Below, in pieces: positions 22,333 to 35,892 of a stretch of 64,000 nt of DNA. Numbering within the stretch: the stretch's first letter is position 1; each line of letters begins with the position of its first letter. Below the pieces are notes generated by a model. The model did no database searches. It was not told the origin of the DNA and saw nothing but the letters and a program-made list of their open reading frames with translations. The stretch is from Octopus bimaculoides (lineage: Eukaryota): contig NC_069004.1 of the NCBI RefSeq assembly GCF_001194135.2, forward strand, positions 2,325,040-2,389,039, in the 5' to 3' direction. Both the position numbers and the translations under genes were made by a program.

Positions 22333-25300
22333 ATGAATTCGGCCAGCGTGTCCAGGTGCCGCTTTTTACTACATTTTGCAAACGAACATTTAGATTTCCG
22401 TCTACCAGTATGTAATGACATCATTTTGTTTCTTCTTAGTCTTCTATATAACGTCTGTATCTCTAATAGTGACTTGAGTTACTTTTGGGGTTGACTTCGT
22501 GATTGAAAATGAAACCGGCAAAAATAGAGAACGGTAACCACTTGGTTTCCTTGGTTTACCGAAACGAATAAATAAATGTGTTTGTATGATGGGGGAGGGC
22601 ATAGGTTTGGTTGTATGGATATGGAATTCGCTTTATAAACATGTGGTTTCGAGTTCTATCACACTCAGTCGCGCCTTGGGCGAGTGTCTTCTTTAGCCTT
22701 GGGCCGATCAATTCCTTGTGAGTAGAATTGGTAGACAGAAACTGCTTGGAAGCCCGTTATATGTGTATATATGAATGTGTGCATACTTGTCTCTCTAAAT
22801 ATTGACATTTCCTGTCAGCAAATCAGCTTTTTTGCGCTACAGCTTCGAAAACAAGTATAATGATAATAATAATAGTTTCAAATTTTGTCACAAGGGCAGC
22901 AGTTAGATATATATANNNNNNNNNNNNNNNNNNNNNNNNNNNNNNNNNNNNNNATAGATAGATAGATAGATGAAACTTTTTTTAGAGTGACATATTTTCT
23001 CTAAGCGATTTATAAATATTTTTTTTATTGGTTGTTTTCTTTTTGTTGATTTTTCAAGCTAAAAGTAAAATGCTTTGCCAAAACTTGTCTTGTTCTTGAT
23101 GTTTTTATATAGGAACTGCACTCAGTTGCAGAAATTCTGGGAATACCACTAAAGATCAAGGAATATGAAAGACAAACTAAGGTAAGGACTTTATTTAAAA
23201 AAAAAAAAAATTCAATTCAAGTCATCAGTTAATAATCAAGGGGAAATAACAAAGGCTAAAGTTGGTATCGAGACCTCAGGGGCCTACCATAGTTTTGATA
23301 AATATCACACCAAAGAAAAGAATAATAATTAATGAGTATAGTGATGAATTTAGTGTACAGCTAGGTGTTCATCAGGGTTTGGTTCTCAGTCCCCCCTCCT
23401 ATTTATCATTGTACTCTTGGCTGTAACAAGAAATTCCAGCTGCCTCTGGTAACTGTTATGTACTGATGATCTTGCTCTTATGACAGATTCTTTTACAGAA
23501 CTAGAAAAGGAATTCCAGATGTAGAGGCAAAACTAGGAACCAAAGGGCCTTAAGGTTAACTTAACAAAGACTAAGGTTCTAGTGTGAAAGAAAATGGACA
23601 GGACCCTTCCCTCATCAGTCATAGAAACCATGCCAAATCAGACTGGAGCCTGGTGCAGCTCTCCAGCTTGCTGACTCTGGTCAAACCATCCAACCCATGC
23701 CAGCATAGAAAATGGACATTAAATAATAATAATAATAATGATGATGATGAAGAAGAATGTTATACACACCCAGTAATATTTTGATTTAATGCTGATTCAA
23801 GTATGTCTACCAAAAGTAATATTCTTTTCCTGAAATTTCTTTGTAGAGTCCATTTCTGATAGTCGAGGTACCATCTGAAGATAATGTGAAGCAGTTACTG
23901 AAGAGAACCATTTTGGTTAGGTAAGAGGCTCTTCGGTCATTTTGGTCGGGTGGTGTGTATGTTTGTTTATAACAGGAGGCAACAATAAGTGACCCACGAA
24001 GGTGTTCTCTGTAGACTCTGGGCCTTCTCTGAAAATTCTTTCATATTTAAATTTGTGGGCCATCGAGTAGTTGATGGCTTTCTGAGGGACGAAAGACAGG
24101 CAGGGTGAATGGATAGCTCCACACATGGTTGTGTGGTATGAAGCTTGCTTCCCAACTACATGGTTCCAAGTTCAGTCCCACTGCATGACACCTTGGGCAA
24201 GTGTATTTTACTATAGCCCCAGCCTTGTGAGTGGTTTTGATACATGGACACTGAAAGAAGCCTGTCATGTGTGTGTCTGTGTCTCTTCCCCGATTACTGG
24301 TTGAGAGATGGCACAGAGCAGTGCTTTCATTTCGGTCTGCTTTTTTCTTTTTTCTTTTAGGTCAGCATATGAACTGTGGGCCGAAGGGAAAACTCTAGAA
24401 AGCCTTAATGAACGCCTCGCCAAGCTAAGTCCAGAAATTACAGTACGTTCATATTATAACCATGTGCCCTTTTTTTTTTTTCATTTCTTTTTTCTCTCTT
24501 TATTGTTTGTTTTCTTTGTTCGCCCGGTGTGCTAACATTTCTGCCAGCTTGCCATCTTAAAGAAGTAATATTGAACCAGTGTGTGTGCGCGTGTTTATTA
24601 ATGGTGTAATGATCCTTCCAAGACCCAATGATAATAATTATTGGTTTTATGCAGTTTATTTTGCAAAGAGATGATTATACAAAAAATAACATTGTATGTA
24701 TGAATGCAGCTGTATATAACATATTCTGATGTAAAATTTATTTTCTCCATATTAATGCTATATTGTCATCTTGATAAATACTGCATTTGTTTTTTGCAGG
24801 AACCATACACATCTGCAGACTCTACATTTAAAATTGTGGTAGAAGCATTCAATAAGAAAATTCCTCCAAAAGAAAAGTTAGAGAAGATTGAAGTAAGTTA
24901 AATGGTCAAGATAATACCAGGTATTAACCCATTAACTGCCAAATTCTTTTATTCATATTTTTTGGCTTTGAATGGAAAAAAAAAACAAAACAAAAAAACA
25001 AACCTACAAAACAATAAAAGAGAAATTCATTTGGGATACTAAATAAGTCTAGAAATTATTATTGGGTAAATCAAGTAGAAATTTATCTGGGCTGTTGATA
25101 ACCGTATCGGAGTGGCAGGCGTTAGGAATCGGGCATCCAGCTAGATCAAATTGGAGTTATTTCCATTTTTACTATTTAAATTTCATTTCAGAAATCTAAT
25201 TTTTATTTTCATTATATTTACCTATTTATCCTCATATTTGTTCACATTAGTCCCTTCCTTGGACGGAATTAGGATTAAAAGGCAAAATACGACTGGAGAA

Positions 25301-28300
25301 TCCTGACCACAGTTTCTACCTGTTGGAATTCTATGAAGATGAAACAGGAAGCCACTCTGCGCTGAAACCATCTTCTCTCTACTTTGGCCGATTCGTATGT
25401 ATTGTTTGTCTCTGTTCTCTGCTTTTTACTTTTATCTCTTGTTTTCGCACCTGCCCACCTTCGCCAACACATATGTCTCTCTAACATCAGATACATACCT
25501 GAGTATTGAACCCTGCACCCATATCTTGTTATTTTGGATTGATTCAAAAGTAAGAAGAATATAAAAGTATGACAGAATTTTGTTGATTTTGGGTTCAGTC
25601 CCACTGTGAAGCAGCGTCTTACAGAATATACTTGGACACATGTATTCTAGAATAACTCCAGACCAACCAAACTTGTGTGAGTTTATTTGGTAGAGGGAAA
25701 CGGAGAGAAACCCGCTCTGTGTGTGTGTGTGTGTATGCATGCATGTGCGCATGTGTTTGTGTTTGCTTACATTTGTACTTCTCTGAAAATTGCAGATTGC
25801 TGAAGGAAGCCGAGACCAGATTCGACATTACCACCTGCAGAACAGATGCTTTATAGGTAAAACTTACACGTAACCACTATCATCATCATCATCATCATCA
25901 CAACCACCACCACCAGCAGCATCATGATTGTCTTATTTTGAAAAATTGTTTTCAATGTATGTGTTATAATAATAATAATAATAATGAAATTATTGTGTAT
26001 AGTGCTCAGGTGCACCAAAACTCATCAAAGGTGCACGTACAGTACATAGAATCATGTAGAAAAGTCAGGAAAGTGAACAGTGGAGGTGGGGTGGGGATAT
26101 CAGGTGTAGTGTTGGTGAATTTCAGGAAGCATGGAGGTTTTAAAGGATGCAATGTCTCTGCAGGTTGTTTGTTCCATGCTTCAGTAACTCTGAGTGTGAA
26201 AAAATGACTCTGAAAGTCATGGGAGCTGTGCTGTTTTCTGACTTTGTAGCCATGCCTACATGTGTTAGACACATGGAGCTCAAAAAGGTGCTCAAGGAGG
26301 TGGTTGGCACAATGGTTAATAATTCTGAGAGTGTTTACCAAGTCAGTTGCCAAACGTCTTGCACCAGCTTATCTGGCCTGTGCCATTTTGTAAAATGTTT
26401 GAGCTATAATATTCTGTTTTCTGTAGGTAACACCAGCATGGATGCTGGGTTATCCCTCATAATGGCTAACATGGGGAAGGCTGCCAAAAACAAGCTGGTA
26501 TTCGATCCTTTTGTTGGAACAGGTTGGTCATCTTTCATTCTTCTTCTCTTCCTCCTCCTCCATCAAGATGTATAAAACAAGTTAATAATTTGTTAACTGT
26601 CAATCTTAATTAATCACTCTTTCTAAATTACTGTTATTAATTACTTTTTTTTAAATTACTCTTGTTAATTATTTTTCAGGAAGTTTATTGGTGGCCTGTG
26701 CTCACTTTGGCAGTTATGTGATGGGGGCTGATTTAGACTATCTTCTTTTACATGGCAAAGGTAAGTTACCTGCCAGCCACACACATATTCCCCCTCCCCA
26801 TTTTTTGTAGTTTTTTTTAGCTCTTTTGCTTTCTTTTACTTGTTTCAGCCATTGGACTGTGGTCATGCTGGAGCCTGCCCCGAAGGGTTTAGTCAAACAA
26901 ATCAACCACAGTACTTGTATTTTTATCAGCCTGGTACTTATCCTATCACACTCTCTTACTAAACTGCCAGGCTTTGGGGATGTAAATAAACCAACACCAG
27001 TTGTCAAGTTGTGTGGAGGACACAAACAAGCACACACATACACATGACAAGCTTCCACACAGTTTCCATCTACCAAATTCACTCACAAGGTATTGGTCGG
27101 CCCAGGGCTATAGTAAAAGACATTTGCCCAAGGTGCCATGCAGTGGAAGTGAACTCAGAACCACATGGTTGCCAAGTGAGCTTCTTAACTACATAGCCAT
27201 GTCTCTGTAGCTTTTTTTTTTTAATCATCACATTTAAGGCCAGGCCAGACTGGAGCATACTTGTAATGTTCTCTGCCCTTCATGTCATCACTGATGTCAT
27301 GCAAGATGTCATGCAGTGGGACTGAACCTGGAACCATATAGTTGGGAGGTGAAACTTTTTACCGCACAACCACAATTTTTTTTGTATTTAATTTTTTGTT
27401 TTTTTTTTATTTATTTTTTTTATCCAGCTCGACCATCTCGACATAATCAAAAGACAAGGGATTCAAATGAGAGCATCCGCTCTAATTTGATCCAATATGG
27501 TGTCGGCCATTTGTACATCGATGCCATTATTGCTGATTCTTCCAAACACAAACTCTGGCGGAAGAACGAAATCTTTGACGCCATCATCACAGACCGTAAG
27601 CATTTTAATATGTTCTTTAACTCTTTACTTATCTTGCTGTGCATATTCGCCATCCACCTTACCCTTTCCATACACTACACCTGCCTCTCTCTTCCCCGTC
27701 CACTCTTGTAACTCACCTGAGACTGGAACCTTAAGGTTTAGAAGCAAACTTCTTACTACACAATCACACCTTATATAGTTGCTTTCTCATTATTATTATT
27801 ATCATTATTATAATCATTAAGGTGGTGGGCTGGCAGAATCGTTAACACCCCGGGCAAAATGCTCAGTGGTATTTTGTCTGTCCTTACATTCTGAGTTCAA
27901 ATTCCGCCGGGGTTGACTTTGCCTTTTCTTCCTTTCGGAGTTGATAAATTAAGTACCAGTTGAATACTGGGGTTGCTGTAATCGATTATCCCCCTCCCCC
28001 AAAATTGTAGGCCTTCTCCCACATTTGAGGCCTTGTGTTTCCAGTATAAAGGATTATTATTATTATTATCATTATTATTGTTGTTGTTTGCTTTCTGCTA
28101 TTTTCAGCCCCCTATGGCATTAGGGAACCTGCCAAAAAAATCTCTCCAAATAACAGAAGAGCACAGTCACCTGAGAGGTTTGTTGTTTTCCCTTTTCTAG
28201 TTTGTCTTTGTTTTGTAGCCCATTCTTTATACATGGCTGTATGGTTAAGGTGTTTGCTTCACAACCATATAGCCTCAGGTTCAATCCAACTCTATTGCAC

Positions 28301-30599
28301 CTTGGACAAGTGTCTTCTCCTTTAACTTTAGCTTGATTAATGCCTTGTAAGTGGTATCGGCAGATAGAAACTGTATGGAAGTGTATTGTATATATACTTA
28401 CACTCACACACACGCATGTATATACACTCACATGGAAGTGTATTGTATATATATATATACATACACTCACGTATATAGGCATAGGTGTGATTGTGTAGTA
28501 AGAAGTTTGCTTCCGAACCTTAAGGTTCCAGGTTCAGTCTCACTGTGTGGCACCTTGGACAAGTGTCTTCTACTATAGCCTAGTCCAATCAAAGTCCTTG
28601 TTAGTGAATTTGGTTGACAGAAACTGAAAGAGAAAACATCAAGCTAAGTAGAGGTGTGTTTGTCCTTGCATTCAGGTTTATCCCCTGCATTCCTAATCTT
28701 GCAGGCTTGTAGGTGCTGGTGCCACATATAAAGTACCCGTACTGGTGACACATAAATGCACCCAGTACACTCTGTAAAATGGTTGGCATTAGGAAGGACA
28801 CTCAGGTATAAAAATGATGTCAAAACAGAGCCATCAGCTCTTCAGCTGGCCAGCTCCTGTCCAACGCATGTCAGAATTAAAATGGATGTTAAATGACGAT
28901 GATGATATATTTTTCATTTAGAATTAAATATGACAGTGTGTACAATATGGTCTTAAATAAATTTTGCAATTCTTTTTCTTACAGATGCCAGAATCACCTT
29001 CCATTAAAAACTCACTACCAACTCTCAGACATTTTCAAAGACCTGCTCAATTTTGCTGCCAAACATCTAGTCTTAAATGGCCGTCTAGTTTACTGGTTTC
29101 CTGTTTACCGTTCCGAGTAAGTATCAACCCTTGACTGTAATTGTGTTATGTAAAACTGGCGCTCCGCCAGTTATGATGACGAAGGCTCCAGTTGATCTGA
29201 TCAATGGAACAGCATGCAGGTAGTTGAGTGCTCCACGGACTTGCATACCCTTAATGTAGTTCTCAAGGAGATTCAGTCTGACACAGAATGTGACAAAGCT
29301 GGCTCTTTTGAATTACTGGTACTACTCATTTTTGCCTGCTGAGTGAAATAAAGTGGCTTGCTCAAGGACACAACATGCCACCGGGAATTGAACCCATGAC
29401 ATTATGATTGTGTGCCAAATGCCCCTAACCACTACGCTATGGCCTGCGTAGTGTTATGTATATGGATTGTAAGAGGACTACAGATGGCTTCCAGTTCACT
29501 CAGCTGTAGAAATGAGTTGCGATGTGACTGTTGCCAAGCTGTATCAGCCTTTGCCTTTCCCTTGGATAACATCGGCGGCGTGGAGAGGGGAGGCTGGTAT
29601 CCATGAATCAAACTCACTACCTTATGATTGTGAGCCTGCTGCTTTAACCACTGAGCCATGCACCTTCACTAACTCCTGGTTAGATATGACTAAAGAAGGC
29701 CCTCAGGTGGAGATGGTGGTGCTGGTGTTGGCATTGGTGGTGAAGATTTTTTTTAAATGGCAATTTATATTCAGTCATTTCATATTTGTATATTACACAG
29801 GTACCAAGATGAGAATGTTCCAATTCACCCTAACCTTGAACTGGTCGCTAACTCTGAGCAACCACTCTCGACAAAAGTGGGGCGACGTTTAATTACCATG
29901 GAAAAGATCAAAAGTTACCAGGTGAGTCACTGACCAACCATTTAGCTGTTACTGGTGGAACATCAGAATAAAGGGTTTCATGATCCCTCCTCCTCCTTGC
30001 CACCACCACCACCATCATCGTCCTTGTTTTTATGTCCATTTTTCTAGGCTTGCATGGATCAGATGGAATTCATTGAGACAGATTAATGTAGGATAATAGG
30101 TTTATAGTTGTGAGAGTGAACTGGAGCAATGTGAAATAAGTGTCTTGCTCAAAAACACACAGCTCGGTCTGGGAATTGAACTCACTACCTCATGATTTTG
30201 AGCCAGATGTATTAACCACTGAGCCATGTGCCTTCACCTAAGGAATAAATGACAAGCTTAGAAATAGGGAGACAAAGTGATAAGGATGAAAAGGTGTGTT
30301 GTGTAGGGGAAGAATCCAGGGCTATTCCACAGTCAATAAATAGATAAATCTTACTTTAAGATAGTAGGGTACAACCTGAGTGGAATTTGGCTGTTATTTC
30401 TAACAGCTAGCATTAGAGCAGCCACACAGAGGCTCCTTCGTTATAGTAAGATATTATATATTTTTGTTGTTATCATTTAAAAAAAATTTCTTTCTTGTAA
30501 TTATTTCAGGAAAACTCTGAAGATTCAGGATCAGCTTCAGTGATATTGGACCATTATGCAAAATCAACTTTCCGACAGAAATATTTTGAATCATATTGA
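22333..30599 (+). CDS. TRMT11: tRNA (guanine(10)-N2)-methyltransferase TRMT11, 14 exons, 451 aa
   Basis: Exons 22333-22407, 23113-23181, 23847-23920, 24361-24442, 24800-24892, 25251-25394, 25796-25856, 26427-26522, 26680-26760, 27428-27595, 28108-28177, 28985-29116, 29801-29921 and 30510-30599, all GT-AG and in phase (1356 nt). Motifs FANEHLDFRLPE, FIGNTSMDAGLSLIMAN, FDPFVGTGS, FDAIITDPPYGIRE, GRLVYWFP and RRLITMEK match TRMT11. Confidence 0.95.
23310..23590 (+). mobile_element. RTE-clade LINE reverse transcriptase relic in TRMT11 intron 2
   Basis: FSVQLGVHQGLVLSP.LFIIV..., LLCTDDLALM (YADD-like) and KGLKVNLTKTKVL, with frameshifts and stops. Confidence 0.7.
26000..26390 (-). mobile_element. 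CR1/L2-like LINE 3' end in TRMT11 intron 7
   Basis: SNTCRHGYKVRKQHSSHDFQSHFFTLRVTEAWNKQP matches the TRGH..KL....R..FFS.RV...WN.LP terminal motif, followed by an (ATT)n-type tail. Confidence 0.7.
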
Positions 30600-31804
30600 G
30601 TCCAAGAGAAAAAGAGACACACAGACATCCACTTCTTGAATCATGTAATAAAACATTCAGTTTTATTTTTTAAAGAAACTTCAAGCAGTTTTCTTATGTT
30701 TATGTCTGTCACAAGGGTTTCATTTGTATGGCGATATCGAGCTTCCTACCATCCTTCAGCTATGCGGTTCAAGATCCTCATTTGTGAGGAGACTGCAAAC
30801 ATTGAATATTGTATAAAAATTCGAAGCAGTAATCATCATCTTCGGCGGCAGCGTTTAACATTCACTTTCCATGCTGGCATGGGTTAGATGGCTTGGCTGG
30901 AACTGGTTCCAGTCTGATTTGGCATGGTTTCTATGGCTGGATGCCCTTTCTAACGCCAACCAGTCCAAGAGTGTAATGGGTGATTTTTACGTGCCAGTTA
31001 CACGACTCTGGCATTGGCCACAACTACGATCTGACTTGGCTTGACAGGTCTTCTCAAGCACAGCATATCACCAAAGGTCTCGGTCACTTGTCATCACCTC
31101 CCATCTGTGTGGGAGAACTTTTTAGTGACACGGGCAAAAATTTCCAATTAAAAAGGTCCATGGGTGGATCACAAGTTCTCTTATATCTGTGTAAATCCTG
31201 TATAGATCTCTGTATAATTCGATATACATTAATAAAGATAAGTTTAATACATTAAATTAACGTGTAACATCTTCATTAACGCCGCCACTGAATTTAAGAC
31301 GTTTATATTACTTGTGAGGTATTCTATATTTTTCAGCTTGAGTGTAGTTGGGTCTCAAGGGGGTGATACAAACCTCGCAATATGTGTTTTATAGTGGAAA
31401 CAAAATTTCCATTCAAATGGTAATTACCGGACGATATTCTGTTCGAGTCTAACCGTTTTAAGTCGTAGTGGAAACGTGACTTCTGTTGCAAATGATAATG
31501 ATGATGTGATAAAACAAAGCTGGCTCCTGTGAATTTTACGAAACTCTTGACCTCACCCTTGGAAAAAAATTTTCATATTAAATTCCGATATAATTATCTG
31601 CGCCATTTGACGTTTGTTTGTAAAAAATTTCGTTAAAAGATATCCATTTTTCTGTAAGTCAGGAAACAATTTCGGTGTGGTGATGGAGGGGAGGTCACGC
31701 GTTTGTAGATATGCCAAGGTACCAGTTGAGCACTGAGGTCGATGTAGTGGACTTAACCTCTCCATCGGAATTGCTGGCCTTGTGCCAAAATTTGAAACCA
31801 ATCT

Positions 31805-32020
31805 AGGGCGACGAATTTGGCAGAATCGTTAGCACACCGGGCGAAATGCTTAGTGGCATTTCGCCTTCTGTCTTTACATTCTGAGTTCAAATTCCGCCGA
31901 GGTCGACTTTGCCTTTCAACCTTCCGGGATCGATAATATAAGTACCAGTTGAACGTTGGGGTTGATTTAAACGACTTGTGCCCCACCCCACCCCCGGAAT
32001 TGCTGGCCGCTTGCCAAAAT
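31805..32020 (+). mobile_element. SINE family B with Nin-like central domain (other copies 27820-28030, 48510-48680, 49375-49560)
   Basis: tRNA-like head tggcagaatcgttagcac..gagttcaaattcc, followed by gccgaggtcgactttgcctttca.cctt.cgg..tcgataa...aagtaccagtt. Confidence 0.75.
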
Positions 32021-32289
32021 TTGAAACCAATAGCATGATGACCATTTCGCTAAGTAACGGGAGACAACACCAAACTTAAGGGTAGAAGGGATGTAACTCT
32101 GTTAATTAAAAAAATTAACGTTTGTGTCTTCTTCCACCAATTATAATATTCTTTTATAGCTTAATGGAAAAATGCTTATTTGTTAATGAAATTTTCCAGC
32201 GATACATTTCAAATGTTGCAAATTAGGGCTATATTGGAGTTTGTGAAATTAGTTTTCAGTTGATGGTGTAGAGGAATTTGGGATAATCG

Positions 32290-32645
32290 CAGGCGTGGCT
32301 GTGTAGTAAGAAGTTTGCTTCCCAACCACATAGTTGCGGGTTCAGTCCGATTGCACAGCACCTTAGTCAAGTGTCTTCTCCGATAGCCTCAGACCGACCA
32401 AAGCCTTCTGAATGGATTTGGTAGACGGAATCTGAAAGAATCCCGCAGGTACATATATAGCTATATGACTATCTCTGTCCCCCCACCGGGTGACAACCAA
32501 TGTTGGTCTGTTTACGTCCCCGTAACATTAGCAGTTAGGCAAAACGGACCGATATAATAAGTACTGGGCTTTAAAAAAATAAGTCCTGGGATCGATTTGT
32601 TTGACTAAAACCCATGGCCGCAGTCAAATGACTAAAACAAATAAA
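32290..32645 (+). mobile_element. tRNA-derived SINE family A, full-length copy
   Basis: gcaggcgtggctgtgtagtaagaagtttgcttcccaaccac...gggttcagtcc head through the atggccgcagtcaaatgactaaaacaa tail. Confidence 0.8.
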
Positions 32646-32813
32646 AGTATTTTATTCTTTTACTTGATCCTCTAATATAGGCCTGGGCAACATTTTTTGA
32701 GAAGCGGGCTGCACGAGACACAACTCTCATCTTCTGGTAGGCCACACTACTAAAAAGATACATGAAGGTAACTTTTCATTAGGTGTACCATTCAGAAAGT
32801 CGCACGACTGCTC

Positions 32814-33179
32814 TCATAATGCATTCCAGTTGTGAATGAAATTATAATGGGAGAAAAGGAGACGGTAAAAGGCCAGACGGTATGACGATTTTCCCCGTTC
32901 CGCGGTGGTAGGCCCCTTATCTGGGATGTTATACTGTGGCACCTGCTTCGCGACCTGCCAGCCCAGGCTTCGCTGCTCGTCAAACAGGTATTTGCAGTCG
33001 AGCGTGTGATAGTGGAGGCTTGAGGCGTTCTTGGCCCTCCGACTACGTCCCACCTCACTCCTATCAGGGCACGGGTGGCTATCCGCAAGTGCGGCTGTTC
33101 CTACCCGTTTTCCCCTCGTCATCCTCCGGGGCAACGCCTTTTCCATTTTGTCCGCCGGGACGATGAAGCAGAGCTTCAT
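32814..33179 (-). CDS. Orphan intronless ORF (121 aa; 110 aa from ATG 33146), uncertain
   Basis: ATG-to-TGA ORF in a GC-rich island with many G/C-ending codons (gac tgc aaa tac ctg ttt gac gag cag cga agc ctg ggc tgg cag gtc gcg aag cag gtg). AATAAA about 160 nt downstream on the minus strand. No family recognised. Confidence 0.3.
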   Translation of the reverse strand: MKLCFIVPADKMEKALPRRMTRGKRVGTAALADSHPCPDRSEVGRSRRAKNASSLHYHTLDCKYLFDEQRSLGWQVAKQVPQYNIPDKGPTTAERGKSSYRLAFYRLLFSHYNFIHNWNAL

Positions 33180-33246
33180 AGTTATTGCTGTTGCCCCTCT
33201 TTAAAAACAAAAAAAAAACCCAGTACTCTGAGACCCATAAACCAAG

Positions 33247-33391
33247 ATGTGGCATTTTCAGGATCCCAGTTGAAAAGAGTTTAAGCCATATTTCGCCAAA
33301 GAAAAAGCATAATTCAATTTGATTTCGTCAGCCAGTCAATTTGCATGGAGGCTGCTGCTGCTGTTGACTGTGCGTTAAACGTCATCAAACG
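33247..33391 (+). promoter_or_regulatory. Probable first exon of EIF2B4 carrying upstream AUGs (uORF1 33247-33273; uORF2 or N-terminal start at 33345)
   Basis: Strong donor CG|GTGAGT at 33391/33392, next to a GC/CpG-rich segment. ATG TGG CAT TTT CAG GAT CCC AGT TGA at 33247, and ATG GAG GCT GCT GCT GCT at 33345. Splicing to the EIF2B4 exon at 36936 is inferred. Confidence 0.55.
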
Positions 33392-34763
33392 GTGAGTAAA
33401 TTCTATCCTGGCCTCGTGTTTTTTTCTGTGTGTGTTTCAATGTGCGCTGTACATATGGTGAGGAATTAGCTTCGCAATCAAACACTTTGCAATCAACACT
33501 TAAAAACCATTAATTATTTTTTTTTTTTCGACACCAAGTGATTTTTGTTTCTCTGATTCGAAAGGGGAAAAAGTACGGATCAGTAAGTAATCTAGATGCT
33601 TTTATTTATTTATTTATTTTTCAAAATTGTGTGTGAATGTCTCGGTTGTATACCTTAAACAAACGAAACTCCCCGATCTCACTTAATTCGTTTTGTCTTT
33701 CTTTTGAAAGATATTCGAGCTACATGGGTATTGTTTAATTTGACCAATCTAACTCCTTTTTGGTATCTAATATTTCTCTTCTTTTGTCTTATAGAGCAAA
33801 TATATATATATGGTTAATGCTATTGTGTAAACTGGGCTATCTAAACCCATAGCAAACCGTAAAACCCAAGTTAACTCAATGCAATATAGTCGGAACATAT
33901 TTTGCATACCTAGACGCTTAGATACGGTTCACCAAGGTTCTATACACAGTAGCTTGGCTTGCTAGAAATAGCAGCTAAATCTCTCTTAAATCATACGCTA
34001 CCATTAAAAAAGACACACGAAACAAAAAACAAAGACATTGGATAATGTAGTGTATAAATGATATGTATTCGAGGCTGGAAAGCCCATGATTCTGACAATC
34101 TCCTTAAATATTGATAAATGCAGGTATCAATAAGTTAGAGCGCATTCTAGATTGTATCCCCAAATATTGGTTTCTTTGTATTGGATAGGTCAACAAATTT
34201 ATGCAGGTATTGAGGTATAAGTTGACTGAACATAAGCCAATGTAACACTGGTACCCGATCGATTCTGATGGGACGAAAGGTGAAACAGATGTTTACGGAA
34301 TTCGAGCTCAGAATCTTACTGGGCAAATCTACCTACTGTAACACAGTCTGATGCTTCCCAGATTCAACTACTACTGTCTCTTTCTTCACCAAAAACCCAT
34401 CCATGTGAATTAAGCTGCTGATGTTCTTCACAAATGTCAAAACCATCGCAGACCCCCCCTCCCCGTATAGAGCTTTTTTGTTTCTGTAAGGAAAAAAATA
34501 ATCTCGATTCCAGTGTATGCCAATACTCTTGTGAAAGAAATGTACTGCACAGCATCTTTCCATTTTCTATTTACACACTCGATGTTTCATTTGCAAGGAT
34601 GTCGAGTGACTTTCATTTATTAAGCATGTAAAGTTTGGTACTTTCTAAAGAAACTCGAAGGGAGACGGTACGCAGTTAACAAGCTTTGGGGAGCAGCAGT
34701 TTTATTATTAGTTGCAGAAGTAGCAGAACAACGACAAAAATAGTGCAACTGCGGGTAATAGTA

Positions 34764-34811
<48 letters not shown>

Positions 34812-35299
34812 CGTGACTATTTTATCTTTTACTTGTTTCAGTGTTTGGATTAGTCTTGCTGGAGCATCGCCCTAGGAGGGTTTTGTCGAAGTAATCGACC
34901 CTAGTACTTATTTTAATGGCCAGTTATTCATTCAAGCGATCTTGTTTCGTCGAACTGCTGAGTTACGTGGACGTAAATAGTGGGAACAACTAATACACCT
35001 TGTTGTTCCCTAATTTTGTATAATTTTGAACTATATATATATATATAAATATATTTATATATATCGTCTGTAAAAAACATAAATCTGAAAGAAGCACACT
35101 CTATATAGTGGTGCTGTAACGAATTACTGGGGCTCCAAGGTTATAGCCGAGATGGACTATCCCATACACGGGGATATCCCAGAAACAGCTGTAAGACTTC
35201 GAATTTCTTCCTATAATAATATTGTATACGACTTGAGATGTTTGCCTTGCCTTAATGTTTGTTGTCCTATTTAACAATTCTATCTATATATACATATGT

Positions 35300-35635
35300 C
35301 ATCATCATCATCGTCGTCGTCGTTTAACGTCTGCTTTCCATGCTGGCATGGGTTGGACGATTTGACTGAGGATTGGCAAGCCAGCAGGCTGCACCATGCT
35401 CCAATCTGATCTGGCAGAGTTTCTACAGCTGGATGCCCTTCCTAACGCCAACGATCCCAAGAGTGTAGTGGGTGCTTTTACGTGCCACCGACACGAGGGC
35501 CAGTCACACGGTACTGGCAACAGCCACGCTCAAAAAAGTGTTTTTTACATGCCACCTGCACGGGAGCCAGTCCATGCTCGACAGTGCTGTTAGTGCTCCA
35601 CTGGTGCGGTGCCAGTCATCGAGTATGGTTCAATT
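35300..35635 (-). mobile_element. SINE family C with RTE-like 3' tail and (GAT)n end (copies at 30830-31100, 38050-38400, 44830-45290, 55510-55740, 57900-58100, 62870-63140)
   Basis: Recurrent ttggcgttaggaagggcatccagctgtagaaac...ccaacccatgccagcatggaaagcagacgttaaacgatgatgatg. Confidence 0.75.
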
Positions 35636-35859
35636 NNNNNNNNNNNNNNNNNNNNNNNNNNNNNNNNNNNNNNNNNNNNNNNNNNNNNNNNNNNNNNNNN
35701 NNNNNNNNNNNNNNNNNNNNNNNNNNNNNNNNNNNNNNNNNNNNNNNNNNNNNNNNNNNNNNNNNNNNNNNNNNNNNNNNNNNNNNNNNNNNNNNNNNNN
35801 NNNNNNNNNNNNNNNNNNNNNNNNNNNNNNNNNNNNNNNNNNNNNNNNNNNNNNNNNNN

Positions 35860-35892
<33 letters not shown>

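Noticed and set aside
26147-26575. 142-aa + strand ORF ending in GNTSMDAGLS...DPFVGTG
   Set aside because: Antisense CR1 fragment running by chance into TRMT11 exon 8. It is not a separate gene.
32791-33100. Possible RNase P/MRP RNA (GAAAGTCGCAC at 32795 could pair with GTGCGGC at 33089), 7SK or telomerase RNA
   Set aside because: No P1-P3 upstream of the CR-I-like motif, CR-V consensus not met, no GATC motifs of 7SK, and no CTAACCCTAA template. Kept only as an unassigned structured segment.
32889-33115. ENE-like triple helix from the two TTTTCCCC loop strands
   Set aside because: Both strands read 5'-UUUUCCCC-3', whereas a pyrimidine-motif triplex needs one of them reversed.
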